Below, piece by piece: positions 1 to 9,594 of a stretch of DNA of 64,000 bases. The position numbers were made by a program, and so were the translations under genes. Under the pieces are notes generated by a model. That model saw nothing but the letters and a program-made list of their open reading frames with translations, was not told where the DNA came from and ran no database searches. Source of the stretch: a virus; IMG/VR virus record IMGVR_UViG_3300039183_000005, positions 1 to 64,000 of that record, one strand, 5' to 3'. Each line of letters begins with the position of its first letter. The first letter of the stretch is position 1.

Positions 1-171
1 AAGGCTTTTGATTTGATTAATAAAGCCGGTGTTTTTAAAAAGGAAAAGATATTGGGGTTTGGTGATGATTGGTTATGTCTAGCTAGTGTGGATAGGATGG
101 TTGAGCTTGGCGAATTACGTGAATTATACGATGATTGTGTACAACATGACCGTGTTTTTACTAGAAGGTGA
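1..171 (+). CDS. hypothetical protein, 3' fragment
   Basis: Frame open from base 1 to TGA at 169-171 (KAFDLINKAGVF...VFTRR); translated by hand. Confidence 0.5.
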   Translation, partial: KAFDLINKAGVFKKEKILGFGDDWLCLASVDRMVELGELRELYDDCVQHDRVFTRR

Positions 172-274
172 TTTAAATAAATGAATCAGAAAACAAAATA
201 CAAAATTGGTAATTGATTATCGGACTTGTTAATTTTGAATAAATTATATTTATTTGGGATTTTGGAGTTGGTTG

Positions 275-343
275 AACGTATAATAAGATAGCAGCGTACC
301 GCTGCTCTCGGGAGCTTCGCACATGGGACATGTTATTACTGTT
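275..343 (+). repeat. dispersed structured element, copy 1 of 3
   Basis: ACGTATAATAAGATA + hairpin AGCAGCG-tac-CGCTGCT + GAGC-ttc-GCAC; similar to 37478-37551 and 40670-40744. Confidence 0.75.
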
Positions 344-421
344 GTATTAATATCTATAGTATTTCTTTGGATATCAGTTATGGCATGGGCTATTTATAGG
401 ACACATAATCCGAAGGAGTAA
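323..421 (+). CDS. 32-aa single-TM peptide
   Basis: MGHVITVVLISIVFLWISVMAWAIYRTHNPKE; GGGAG SD 8 nt upstream; below the ORF-track length cutoff. Confidence 0.4.
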   Translation: MGHVITVVLISIVFLWISVMAWAIYRTHNPKE

Positions 422-427
422 TTTGGA

Positions 428-604
428 ATGACTCAAACAACAAAATGCATAAGATGTGGCAAAGAGGCTAAGTTTTGGACCGGACATGTACGGAAACGTA
501 ATGGCGATGTAGTATTGGCGGGATGGTGTTCAGAACGATGTAAGAAATCGTGGATAGGATTATGTGGACCTTTTAAGAAAAAATATGGTGAAGAATCGGC
601 ATAA
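428..604 (+). CDS. small Cys-containing hypothetical protein
   Basis: MTQTTKCIRCGKEAK...WCSERC; AAGGAG SD upstream; 58 aa. Confidence 0.55.
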   Translation: MTQTTKCIRCGKEAKFWTGHVRKRNGDVVLAGWCSERCKKSWIGLCGPFKKKYGEESA

Positions 605-616
605 AGGGATTTTGAA

Positions 617-811
617 ATGCCAACTAGTAAATTTGATTTACATGTTAATCATTGGATTTTAAATTGCTTCAGACAGATAGTTAGTAAAAAGCAATATCAA
701 GAAATTTTGGACCGACATGGTTCGTGGGTATTTCGTAACGGAAGGCGCGCCAACATTAAGGGGAAACGGATAGGGCCTGGACGATATGAGATATGGTTGG
801 AGGATAATTAA
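617..811 (+). CDS. hypothetical protein
   Basis: ORF track; tightly packed operon. Confidence 0.6.
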   Translation: MPTSKFDLHVNHWILNCFRQIVSKKQYQEILDRHGSWVFRNGRRANIKGKRIGPGRYEIWLEDN

Positions 812-812
812 T

Positions 813-1028
813 ATGATGAATTTTGAAACTTGTCCATATTGTTGTCATCGCCGTAAATTGTTGGTAGACCAATTTAAGCCAATGATATTATCGGGTGATA
901 ATGAATGGATGCAATGTGGCACATGTCTTAACACTTTTAAATTACCGGATTGCGATGAAATTAGGGAAATAGCCAGACAACAAAGGAAAAACAGATATGA
1001 TCAGAGAAGTGGTAATACAAAGAGATAA
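813..1028 (+). CDS. Zn-ribbon hypothetical protein
   Basis: CPYC...CGTC; GGAGG SD before ATG 813. Confidence 0.6.
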   Translation: MMNFETCPYCCHRRKLLVDQFKPMILSGDNEWMQCGTCLNTFKLPDCDEIREIARQQRKNRYDQRSGNTKR

Positions 1029-1170
1029 ACAAAGTGGATTATGCGGGGTTAATATTACTACAGAAAAATTTGAGGAAGTTTTAATTTATTTTGCCGATTC
1101 TAACGATGCTCAAGTTCTATCAGATTTATTACAAAGAGCTACTAATATGGTTGTATATGGAGTAAACTAA
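997..1170 (+). CDS. hypothetical protein (57 aa)
   Basis: MIREVVIQRDK...; stop overlaps next ATG (TAATG). Confidence 0.5.
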   Translation: MIREVVIQRDKQSGLCGVNITTEKFEEVLIYFADSNDAQVLSDLLQRATNMVVYGVN

Positions 1171-1583
1171 TGGGTGAATGTGGATGTATATCTTGTGGTA
1201 TGACATACAAGCTACCAGCACCAAATGGTTGGTATGTTTTCCAAATGAATCCTGGATGTGATTATTGTTGTGTTGGATCAACTATCCACATTAGTATGCC
1301 GGAAACTTCCAATTTATATTTCGGCGAAATCATCGATGACATACCATTGATGCCAACCATAGGGCAGAACAAAGAAGTTATCTCTGTGATTAAATGTGGT
1401 ATTCCTAAAGATCAGGCCGAACAAGCTGCTATTAAAGTAATGGTTGGTTCTGGAACAGAAGATAATAAAATAGATGAATATTTAGCTGAGATTTTAGGTG
1501 CAGATTTTTGGGATGAAGCAATGCAACAATCGCCAAGTGTTGTTGTCGCAACAAATATGGAGAATAAAGATGGATCAAGATAG
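1170..1583 (+). CDS. hypothetical protein, Cys-rich N-terminus
   Basis: ORF track; MGECGCISC. Confidence 0.6.
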   Translation: MGECGCISCGMTYKLPAPNGWYVFQMNPGCDYCCVGSTIHISMPETSNLYFGEIIDDIPLMPTIGQNKEVISVIKCGIPKDQAEQAAIKVMVGSGTEDNKIDEYLAEILGADFWDEAMQQSPSVVVATNMENKDGSR

Positions 1584-1875
1584 GTTTGATGCAAAAGTTG
1601 CTGCTATGGTTGATGGGTTTTTCGATTTATTTAATGATCTAATGAGCCCAGGTGCTTTGTCTAGTGTAGAAAAAGAATTAGTTGCTCTTGGTATTGCGAC
1701 TACGAAAAATTGTGATCCCTGCATAAATTTGCATATTGATAAATGTCTTGAACTGGGCGCAACTCCAGAAGAAATAATGGAAGCTGCTGGTGTTGGAATA
1801 GTTATGGCTGGTGGTCCAGCTTGTATAAATGTTAAAAAAATAGCCAACATACTAAAGAGAAAAATTAAATCATGA
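1570..1875 (+). CDS. carboxymuconolactone decarboxylase/AhpD-family protein
   Basis: LSSVEKELVALGIATTKNCDPCINLH...GATPEEIMEA. Confidence 0.85.
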   Translation: MDQDRFDAKVAAMVDGFFDLFNDLMSPGALSSVEKELVALGIATTKNCDPCINLHIDKCLELGATPEEIMEAAGVGIVMAGGPACINVKKIANILKRKIKS

Positions 1876-1887
1876 TGGAGAAAATAT

Positions 1888-2538
1888 ATGTTGCGAATAA
1901 GTGATATACCGGTTATTTCTTTAGACCTTGAAACAGGTGGCCTTGTACCTGGTAAACATACTCCTCTTTCAATTGGTGCTGTCATGGTTCCAGGAAGTGG
2001 ACCATTGGATAAGGTCGACGGGTATAAGATTACGAAAGAAAATTCTTTTTACGTTCAGCTTGAATGGGATACTGTAGTTATTGATCCATCAGCTATGAGA
2101 ATTAATCGTTTGAATATTGTTGATCCTCCAGGCCCAGAAATGTATGGACAAGAAGTTGCTAGTCGTAGTTTGCCAGCGAAAGAAGGTGTACTGGAGTTTT
2201 TTAATTGGTTAGCATCAGCACAGACAACAAGTAGATATGTTCACGCACTTGGTATGAATGTGGGCTCATTTGATCTTCCGATGCTTAGGTCTATCTGGAA
2301 TGGGCCATGGCCCTTTCATTATCGATCAATCGATTTAAATAGTTTATTTTTTGCATTATCCCAAATACAAAATAAACCGTTTGATGCCATTAAACAAGAG
2401 ATTACGCAGATAGCTTGGGATAATAATGAATTTTCTCAGGAAATGGAACACTATGCGTTGGCCGATGCGTGGTTTAATGTTTATGCTTGGAAAGAGTGTT
2501 TGCGTAGGTTCGGAGATGGTTACGAAGAATTATTATAA
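1888..2538 (+). CDS. DEDD-family 3'-5' exonuclease
   Basis: DLETGG (ExoI), NVGSFD (ExoII), HYALADA (ExoIII). Confidence 0.85.
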   Translation: MLRISDIPVISLDLETGGLVPGKHTPLSIGAVMVPGSGPLDKVDGYKITKENSFYVQLEWDTVVIDPSAMRINRLNIVDPPGPEMYGQEVASRSLPAKEGVLEFFNWLASAQTTSRYVHALGMNVGSFDLPMLRSIWNGPWPFHYRSIDLNSLFFALSQIQNKPFDAIKQEITQIAWDNNEFSQEMEHYALADAWFNVYAWKECLRRFGDGYEELL

Positions 2539-2611
2539 TCGACGTTTCGGATTTAGTTCGCTGCAGTCTGAGAGCAACGTATCGGATGTTGGTATGCTAG
2601 CGTCGATTTTT
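2537..2611 (+). ncRNA. candidate structured RNA/attenuator with TPP-aptamer-like motifs
   Basis: Multi-stem fold with G-U pairs, UUCG loop, CUGAGAG, and TCG-GAT-GTTGG-TATG-CTAG-CGT-CGA followed by a U-run. Confidence 0.35.
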
Positions 2612-2692
2612 ATTTCAATAGAACGAAAATAATGGTTGTTGATTATCTTATTTTTATCGCTATGGCAATCAAGGCTTTGAGGGAATGGTAAA

Positions 2693-2953
2693 GTGATGGA
2701 AGTAGATGGTTACATTCCAAGAACACTTACAACTGTTATTGTCTATAATAATGATGGTATCGAGAGAGGAGAAAGAATTTTTTCATCACTTCGACACGCC
2801 AGAGAATATGCACAACAAATTGTTAATCAGTTTGGCGACCAAGATAATTGGATATTTAATAGACCGGTTGAAAATAATTCGTTTTGGATAAATGAAAAAC
2901 TAAATATTGAAATTTCTATAAAATCGCATAGAGTTTTATGGCCAGAGGTATGA
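2693..2953 (+). CDS. hypothetical protein
   Basis: ORF track. Confidence 0.6.
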   Translation: MMEVDGYIPRTLTTVIVYNNDGIERGERIFSSLRHAREYAQQIVNQFGDQDNWIFNRPVENNSFWINEKLNIEISIKSHRVLWPEV

Positions 2954-2959
2954 ATTGTA

Positions 2960-3166
2960 ATGAATTATGATACTTGGTACAAAATCTGGTGTGATGACTG
3001 TCAGACGGTGAATTGGGTTTGTGATGGTGATATATCCGATATGACTCAGCTAGACATAGATGGGTTTGTTTGTCGTAAATGTAGGAAGCTACATATTTTC
3101 GATTTGGAATGGGCACCGTCTCTGGATGCAGAAAATTATGAAATTGGATTGGAGCAATCGCGATGA
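2960..3166 (+). CDS. Zn-ribbon protein
   Basis: CDDC...CRKC. Confidence 0.6.
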   Translation: MNYDTWYKIWCDDCQTVNWVCDGDISDMTQLDIDGFVCRKCRKLHIFDLEWAPSLDAENYEIGLEQSR

Positions 3167-3375
3167 GACGATTTTTGTTTAAACACTTCCGGGAGAATGA
3201 CAAGGGTTTTGCTTGCTGTTTGCGTATTGGGTCGTGGACATATGCTATATATTTTGGATATGGGCTTCCAGTGTGGTGGATTCCCAAGTTGATTGGTCGC
3301 GGCAATGCCCGGTGGGGATTTGGATTCGGATGGCTTCTTTTTTGTATCCGGTTTCAGATTTGTACATGGAGATAA
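3163..3375 (+). CDS. aromatic-rich hypothetical protein
   Basis: ATGA overlap with upstream gene. Confidence 0.5.
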   Translation: MRRFLFKHFRENDKGFACCLRIGSWTYAIYFGYGLPVWWIPKLIGRGNARWGFGFGWLLFCIRFQICTWR

Positions 3376-3378
3376 ATT

Positions 3379-3699
3379 ATGAGTATACCAGTTAAATTAC
3401 ATCATCCATTACAAGAATTATTGGCGCAATTATTATTTGGTATAGAATCTGTTCCACAACAGGAACAAAAACGAATGGTAAATTTTGCTTGCAAAAAAGC
3501 TGTTGAATGGCACGATAAAGAAATGAATAAAATATCTGATTTGGCCGCTAGGCGTATTGCACATTTTGTTTGGAATTATTCCATGTCAGAATCAGATGAA
3601 ACTATCAACGGTATGAATTGTGATGAATATGCAGAAAGTATGCAACGTATAATTGATGGAATTGGTCCATCATGGGTTTTGGAAGATATTTCTGAATAG
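3379..3699 (+). CDS. hypothetical protein
   Basis: ORF track; GGAG SD. Confidence 0.6.
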   Translation: MSIPVKLHHPLQELLAQLLFGIESVPQQEQKRMVNFACKKAVEWHDKEMNKISDLAARRIAHFVWNYSMSESDETINGMNCDEYAESMQRIIDGIGPSWVLEDISE

Positions 3700-3708
3700 T
3701 CGGAGAAA

Positions 3709-3939
3709 GTGAGGATTATGATGAAGATTGGTGATAAGGTGCGAATTGTTAAGTGTGATGCTTGTTCAAAGATAGTTGGTAAGATGGTTAGTGTCACTGA
3801 GGTTACAACTATTGATGGGTGTAAGGGCGTTAAAGTTAATTTTGGGCGAGGTAGACCGCAATTGGGTCGTCCGGATGTGTTTGGTATGGATGAGGTTTCT
3901 TCGATGGAGGATGAACCTAATGAAGATAGTTGCTCTTGA
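3709..3939 (+). CDS. small SH3/KOW-like hypothetical protein
   Basis: MKIGDKVRIV...GKMVSV pattern. Confidence 0.55.
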   Translation: MRIMMKIGDKVRIVKCDACSKIVGKMVSVTEVTTIDGCKGVKVNFGRGRPQLGRPDVFGMDEVSSMEDEPNEDSCS

Positions 3940-5110
3940 AGCAGAAAATGTTAAGTATCTTAAAGTAGTTCGGATAGAACCAGATGGTTCACTTGTGGTT
4001 GTCGGCGGAAATAATGCTCAGGGTAAAACATGTGTACTTGATTCTATCGAATATGCCCTAAATGGTGCAGGAGGTATTCCGTCACAACCCATTAGAGCTG
4101 GACAGAAAAAGGCACGTATCGTTCTTGATATGGGTGACATTGTGGTTACTCGTACATTTACATCCAAGGGAACGAATCTTACTGTTAAGAATAAAGATGG
4201 TTCAACGTTTGCTTCTCCGCAAGATATGCTCAATAAGTTGAAGGGAAAGTTGACTTTTGATCCATTAGAATTTTCAAGGATGGATGCTAAAAAGCAATCT
4301 GAAGTTCTTAAACAGTTGGTTGGATTGAATTTCGATAAAGTGAACGCTCAGTATAAAAAATTATTTGACGAAAGAACTATCATCAATCGTAAGGGTAAAG
4401 AGACCAAGGCCATATTAGATTCTATGACTAGGCATGAAAATGTACCAGGTAATGAGGTGTCTATTCAACAACTAGGAACTGATTATAATAAGGCAATAGA
4501 ACACAATCAACAAATTAAACAGGATGCCAACACATTGTCACAGGAAATGGCAGAACTTAAACAGTTGGAAAAACGTGTTGCCGAATTGAAGAAGAGCATC
4601 AAACAAAAACAAAAGGCTCTTAATGGAATTGAGAAAATAGATATAGAAGTTATTAGGAAGAAGATTGCTGAAGTAGAAGATACTAATCTGAAGGTTAGAG
4701 AAAATAAAGCATATGACTCCACAAATAAAAGTATCATTGAGCTACGGAAACAATCAAAATTTCTTAGTGATCAGATGGTCAAGATAGAAAATGACAAAGC
4801 TAAAATTTTGGCTAAGGCTAAATTCCCAATTGATGGTTTAGCTATTGATGACGATGGGGTTACTTTCGAAGGTGTTCCGCTTACACAGTGCTCTATGGCC
4901 CAAAAAATTAGGATATCTGTGGCGATAGGTTTGGCTATGAATCCAAAGTTACGAATTTTACTCATAAGAGAAGGATCATTATTGGATGAGAATAATTTGG
5001 CCATGGTAGCTAAGATGGCCGACGATGCTGATGCTCAAGTTTGGCTTGAAAGAGTTGGCAAGGGTGACGAATGTCAGGTTATAATAGAAGACGGTGAAAT
5101 TGTTGCGTAG
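3920..5110 (+). CDS. SMC/SbcC-like ABC ATPase with coiled coil
   Basis: MKIVALEAENVK start, Walker A GNNAQGKT, central coiled coil, degenerate signature CSMAQ and Walker B LLIREGSLLD. Confidence 0.85.
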   Translation: MKIVALEAENVKYLKVVRIEPDGSLVVVGGNNAQGKTCVLDSIEYALNGAGGIPSQPIRAGQKKARIVLDMGDIVVTRTFTSKGTNLTVKNKDGSTFASPQDMLNKLKGKLTFDPLEFSRMDAKKQSEVLKQLVGLNFDKVNAQYKKLFDERTIINRKGKETKAILDSMTRHENVPGNEVSIQQLGTDYNKAIEHNQQIKQDANTLSQEMAELKQLEKRVAELKKSIKQKQKALNGIEKIDIEVIRKKIAEVEDTNLKVRENKAYDSTNKSIIELRKQSKFLSDQMVKIENDKAKILAKAKFPIDGLAIDDDGVTFEGVPLTQCSMAQKIRISVAIGLAMNPKLRILLIREGSLLDENNLAMVAKMADDADAQVWLERVGKGDECQVIIEDGEIVA

Positions 5111-5168
5111 AATGTTATGTGAATAGTAATAAAATTATTATATATACGTGTTGTCATGAGGTATTTCT

Positions 5169-5987
5169 ATGAAACCTAATTGGTTGATTCAAACGAACAT
5201 GGAAGGCGTAGATACGGGTTCATTAATAGCCGAAGTTACATCACAAGGGATGTTTGTTTTACCAATAGAACATCGTTTAGGAAAACATATTGATTTTGAT
5301 TGTTATAGTAGACATGATTGTACTATTTGCTATGGCGACATTGATTTTGTGCGACAGGTCTATCATAGATCGCCATTTATTCCAGGGGCATGGTGTAATT
5401 TTGATAACATGAAATGTAGCACTTATTATGCGCATTTTGGTGGGCACTTACTTAATAATCAATATGTTATTATGCCTTTGGGCGACCTACAAAGACGATT
5501 GGATGAATTTATTTATTATCACACCCCTCTGTCTCCGTCGCCAAAAGCAGTATTTATTAGACCAGATAGTGGTGCCAAACCTTTTACTGGATATGTTGTT
5601 AAACCAGATGAAGAGTACAAAATCCAACAACTAATTGAAGATGTTGGCCCAGAAACTTTGGTAATTGTTGCTCCAGAGAAGCCAATAACAGCAGAGTGGC
5701 GTTTTGTCATCTGTGACAGAAAGGTTGTAACCGGATGTCAATATTTACCAACTGAATCTAAATGGATTGACCCAGAATCTTTTCGTCTGGCCTATAAAAT
5801 ATCCCAGAATTCTTGGCAACCAGACACATGCTATACGGTAGATATGGCAGAATCGGATGGCAGGATGCATTTATTAGAAATTAATAGTTTTAGCTGTGCT
5901 GGTTTTTATGATTGTGACATAGCCAAAATAGTTGAGCACGCAAGTAGAGCAGCGATAGCAGAATGGAATGAATATCATGTCTCGTAA
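5169..5987 (+). CDS. ATP-grasp protein (DUF4343/R2K-like)
   Basis: FIRPDSGAKPFTG, EWRFVI, YTVD...LLEINSFSCAGFY. Confidence 0.75.
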   Translation: MKPNWLIQTNMEGVDTGSLIAEVTSQGMFVLPIEHRLGKHIDFDCYSRHDCTICYGDIDFVRQVYHRSPFIPGAWCNFDNMKCSTYYAHFGGHLLNNQYVIMPLGDLQRRLDEFIYYHTPLSPSPKAVFIRPDSGAKPFTGYVVKPDEEYKIQQLIEDVGPETLVIVAPEKPITAEWRFVICDRKVVTGCQYLPTESKWIDPESFRLAYKISQNSWQPDTCYTVDMAESDGRMHLLEINSFSCAGFYDCDIAKIVEHASRAAIAEWNEYHVS

Positions 5988-6204
5988 AATACAGACGCTT
6001 GATTTGGAATTTGACGAATGGGTTAACGAACTATTTCGCGATGGGAAGATTGATACTACAGATTTTTTACGTATGTTAAATCAGGGTCGTTTTGTGTGGG
6101 ATGCATGTCGCCGTAGATGTGCTGATTTATGTAAACAGCATGGTCTTATAGGTATATCATTGGCTATAGTAAAAAATGAAGATGGTGAGATAATTAATGG
6201 ATAA
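5977..6204 (+). CDS. hypothetical protein
   Basis: ORF track; overlaps neighbours. Confidence 0.55.
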   Translation: MSRKIQTLDLEFDEWVNELFRDGKIDTTDFLRMLNQGRFVWDACRRRCADLCKQHGLIGISLAIVKNEDGEIING

Positions 6205-6718
6205 CGAGGAGTGGAGAGATATTTTTGGATGGGAAGGTTTTTATCAAATATCCAATTTTGGCCGCTTGAAAAGCTTAAAAAGACCATTTGTTCCTAAAGA
6301 CCGTGTTCTGAAGGCATGTGTTGATGTGTATGGATATTCATTTGCTTGTTTATTCAAGAACCAAAAAAGATTAGCTTGTCCAAAAATACATAGATTAGTC
6401 TTGGAGGCTTTTGTAGGTCAAAAGCCAGAAGGAACCGAATGCCGCCATATAGATGGAAATAAATCTAACAATAGGCTTGAGAATCTTGAATGGGCTACTC
6501 ATGCAATTAATGAATTAGATAAATATAAACATGGTACAATTATGTATGGGTCAAAAAATGGATATGCTAAATTGATTGAAAAAGATGTTCGCAAAATTAG
6601 AAAATTGTGGAGTACTGGTAAATATACTCAGTGTGAATTGGCCGATAAGTTTGGTGTTCGTCAATTTTGTATCTGGTCTATAATACACAGGAAATCGTGG
6701 AAACATGTAGATGGGTGA
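6197..6718 (+). CDS. NUMOD4-HNH homing endonuclease with C-terminal HTH
   Basis: EEWRDIFGWEGFYQISNFGRLKS; HRLVLEAFVG...HIDGNKSNNRLENLEW. Confidence 0.9.
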   Translation: MDNEEWRDIFGWEGFYQISNFGRLKSLKRPFVPKDRVLKACVDVYGYSFACLFKNQKRLACPKIHRLVLEAFVGQKPEGTECRHIDGNKSNNRLENLEWATHAINELDKYKHGTIMYGSKNGYAKLIEKDVRKIRKLWSTGKYTQCELADKFGVRQFCIWSIIHRKSWKHVDG

Positions 6719-6723
6719 TACAT

Positions 6724-7203
6724 ATGCAAGAAGTTGAATATAAATATGATTTGTATCTTAGTGGAAAAATGCGTGGATGTCCACAGTTGAATTATCCTAT
6801 TTTCAATGCTATTGCTAGACGTTTAAGACAATTAGGTTATTCAGTTTTTAATCCAGCAGAATACGAAGGTGGGTTGACAAGCGGTGTTGACCGGAATGCT
6901 TTTGCCATATTTATAGCCAGAGATTTGCATACGATTATTAATGAATGTCGTGGTATTATATTTATCCCGGAATGGGAAGATTCTTTGGGTGCTAATGTTG
7001 AGGCGTTTGTGGCATTTGTTTGTAATAAAGGGGCTATGATAATTAATAATTTGAGTTTAACAGCGTCAGAAAATACGGAACTAGAAGCCAATTTCGATAT
7101 TGTGTCTATTAATCTTGCTAATTATCGACTACCATACGGCGAAGGGAAGATTCGTCGATTTGATCCACATAAATGTGATCTTCATTCTTTTGAACAAGAA
7201 TAA
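6724..7203 (+). CDS. DUF4406/nucleoside 2-deoxyribosyltransferase-like protein
   Basis: YLSGKMRG...VFNPAE...WEDSLGANVE. Confidence 0.75.
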   Translation: MQEVEYKYDLYLSGKMRGCPQLNYPIFNAIARRLRQLGYSVFNPAEYEGGLTSGVDRNAFAIFIARDLHTIINECRGIIFIPEWEDSLGANVEAFVAFVCNKGAMIINNLSLTASENTELEANFDIVSINLANYRLPYGEGKIRRFDPHKCDLHSFEQE

Positions 7204-7664
7204 TCAGTGGCTAAATTTTCCCATTTATCAATTGAATTATCAGCCCTGTGATGACAATCTTTACAAAGATATAATAATAAAAATGGTCTAGAATGATCTG
7301 GATGGTGAGCTTCAATGTGGTTTTCAGACCCACATATTTCGCACTCAGTTAATGGAATTAGTTTCCCAGTTTTTATAGCCTGACGCACAAGATAGCGGGC
7401 ATAAACCTTTTCTGGATATTTTTCTTTATCTCGGCGAGTTTGAGCTGCGTTGATCGTTGTTGGTTCACATCTTCTAGATTCATTAGTTATTGCCGATGCG
7501 CACTTCCTGGAACAAGCATGTTGTTTTCCAAGTTTTTCTGTCTGGTGTATGCGTTTTATTTCCTTTTCAAATTTTTTGCCACACCACGCACATTGTATTA
7601 TTTTGCTATTTTTCAATTTATTTCTGTTTTCATTTCGTCTACACAGTCCGTCGCAAAACCCCAT
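7182..7664 (-). CDS. Zn-finger HNH endonuclease (true start may be TTG near 7617)
   Basis: CAWCGKKF...CSRKC; CEICG...EAHHPD...LCKDCH. Confidence 0.8.
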   Translation of the reverse strand: MGFCDGLCRRNENRNKLKNSKIIQCAWCGKKFEKEIKRIHQTEKLGKQHACSRKCASAITNESRRCEPTTINAAQTRRDKEKYPEKVYARYLVRQAIKTGKLIPLTECEICGSENHIEAHHPDHSRPFLLLYLCKDCHHRADNSIDKWENLATDYSCSKE

Positions 7665-7879
7665 ATATCGAAAGCACGATTTTTGATTATATCGAGGCCG
7701 AAATTGCGATATATTTTTTGGTGTATTTCTTCATCGTATGTCATTACTATCATAGAAATGAATAGTGTATCCTGGAAATAGGTACTTTTGAGTATCCAAT
7801 TTTTGGGAGAATGAGCCCAAAGTAAATTCTCAAATAATTGTATTAATTCTGGTTTGAACGATTTAGTCATTTTCATCAC
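7613..7879 (-). CDS. hypothetical protein
   Basis: ORF downstream of minus-strand GTGTATAA motif. Confidence 0.5.
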   Translation of the reverse strand: MMKMTKSFKPELIQLFENLLWAHSPKNWILKSTYFQDTLFISMIVMTYDEEIHQKIYRNFGLDIIKNRAFDIWGFATDCVDEMKTEIN

Positions 7880-7913
7880 GTTTATCCGTTCAAATTATAA
7901 ACTCTCACAATTA

Positions 7914-7921
7914 TTATACAC
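7914..7921 (-). promoter_or_regulatory. GTGTATAA promoter motif
   Basis: Intergenic copy of the recurring motif. Confidence 0.55.
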
Positions 7922-7937
7922 AAAAATATTGATATAA

Positions 7938-8510
7938 TTATCTATCGTCACCTTCCCCATTTAGAGTCCCCCTCTGTTTGCGTCCAGCAAGTTTTTCTAT
8001 ATTGGCGATATAAATATCTTTTAATGTAAAACCACATCTACAAGCAATTTCTTCGATACAAACAATTATATGGGATAAATGCAATGGCAGACCAATAAAT
8101 CTACTACTTTCATTTATACGACTATCATAATTATAATACCATGTCTCTAGTAACTCGGCGACAGCGGTGGCATGTTTGTTCATATGAAAGACAAGTTGTG
8201 GAAGCATGAGTTTACGAATCGTGTGTGTTATGTGGGCTCCCCTCATTTTATGCATCATATCCAAATCTAAATTTGTATCACAGCAGATATTTGCTAAATA
8301 CCAACAACAATCTCCTAGTTCATTGGCGATAGAGATTATTCGATTTTGAGACATATTTCCGCTGTCATCACGAATTAGTTTTTTTATTTTTTCGGCAACT
8401 TCGCCGCATTCTCCTATGAGACCAAGAGCTGGATATATCATTTGAGTGTTTTCTATATTTAGATAAATTGCTGTACTGCGTGCCTTTTTTTGGTATTTAG
8501 TCAAATTCAT
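7938..8510 (-). CDS. MazG-like NTP pyrophosphohydrolase with internal expansion
   Basis: YPALGLIGECGEVAEKIKK...NELGDCCWY; C-terminal NIEKLAGRKQRGTLNGEGDDR. Confidence 0.85.
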   Translation of the reverse strand: MNLTKYQKKARSTAIYLNIENTQMIYPALGLIGECGEVAEKIKKLIRDDSGNMSQNRIISIANELGDCCWYLANICCDTNLDLDMMHKMRGAHITHTIRKLMLPQLVFHMNKHATAVAELLETWYYNYDSRINESSRFIGLPLHLSHIIVCIEEIACRCGFTLKDIYIANIEKLAGRKQRGTLNGEGDDR

Positions 8511-9223
8511 TATTCAGCTTCGCCTTCTTTTTCTTCATCTACTTCATGTTTTCCCAATTTCATTTTGGGTTGCCATTTGGCATTTTGTGTATCGGTGGCA
8601 TAATAGCGATATGGATCATCAATAGTTTCTAAAACCCAATCAGCTAATCCATGATTGACAGCTTCTTCTGATGTAAAAATAGTATCATGTGAACATAATT
8701 CTTCTATTCTCTGAAGTGTTATGCGCGGCTTAGCTGATTTCATTCTGCTAAGATAAATTTCATACATTCGTTTGCGAGTTTTGGTGGTTTCTTTTGCCCA
8801 TGCTTCAACGGCTTTGCAGGTACCACTGAGACCTTCAAATCCATCATGTATCATAAAGGTACAATGTGGAGCAACAATACGAGAATCGCATCCTTGAATG
8901 ATAATTGATCCCATACTCATTGCATGGCCCCAACATATACCATAGATATGTGATCTAGACGCCCTTATAGCATCATACATTGCCATTCCGTGGTACCAGT
9001 CTCCACCAAGATTATTCATATGTACAATTATTGGATGAGAAGATATTAAATTTAAATGGATTATTGCTTTGATAAAAAATTCAGACATTTGACAATCTGT
9101 GCCAGACTCACCCATTCCACTTGCAGTTTCCGCATCATGTGACCCCACATATATGATTCTTTTTGGTGATAAATATGAATAATCGAACCATCTGTCTATA
9201 TCCTCTTTTATATAATTTGCCAT
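8510..9223 (-). CDS. clpP: ClpP-family serine protease
   Basis: NNLGG...MYDAI...AMSMGS (Ser), FMIHD (His), HDTIFTSEEAVNHGLAD (Asp). Confidence 0.8.
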   Translation of the reverse strand: MANYIKEDIDRWFDYSYLSPKRIIYVGSHDAETASGMGESGTDCQMSEFFIKAIIHLNLISSHPIIVHMNNLGGDWYHGMAMYDAIRASRSHIYGICWGHAMSMGSIIIQGCDSRIVAPHCTFMIHDGFEGLSGTCKAVEAWAKETTKTRKRMYEIYLSRMKSAKPRITLQRIEELCSHDTIFTSEEAVNHGLADWVLETIDDPYRYYATDTQNAKWQPKMKLGKHEVDEEKEGEAE

Positions 9224-9240
9224 TATTTATGCGCCATTTG

Positions 9241-9594
9241 TTATATATTAGTTTTTTTTAAGATAAATTGTCTGATCTTTTTAATAATTATTCTGTAATG
9301 TTCATAATAGAGTTCGATAAAGTCTCCACGAATCCATGGATATCCGTCCATTATTTCTGGCTGACTACGAATGAGATTGGTTAAATGTGGTAATTCTTTA
9401 CATAATTTATTTTGAATTTCTTTTTGATCATTATATATGTCAAAATCAAAAATTACTGGTTGCCCAGTGGTTCTTTTTATTCGACCAAGAAGACCATCTT
9501 TACTTTTGGTAGCTTTTACTCTGGATTTTTGTTCTCCAATGTTGATCAAATCTTTCCATTGTTCAAGTAATTCGAAAATTTTAGTTTTATTCAT
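9241..9594 (-). CDS. hypothetical protein
   Basis: ORF track; operon packing. Confidence 0.6.
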   Translation of the reverse strand: MNKTKIFELLEQWKDLINIGEQKSRVKATKSKDGLLGRIKRTTGQPVIFDFDIYNDQKEIQNKLCKELPHLTNLIRSQPEIMDGYPWIRGDFIELYYEHYRIIIKKIRQFILKKTNI

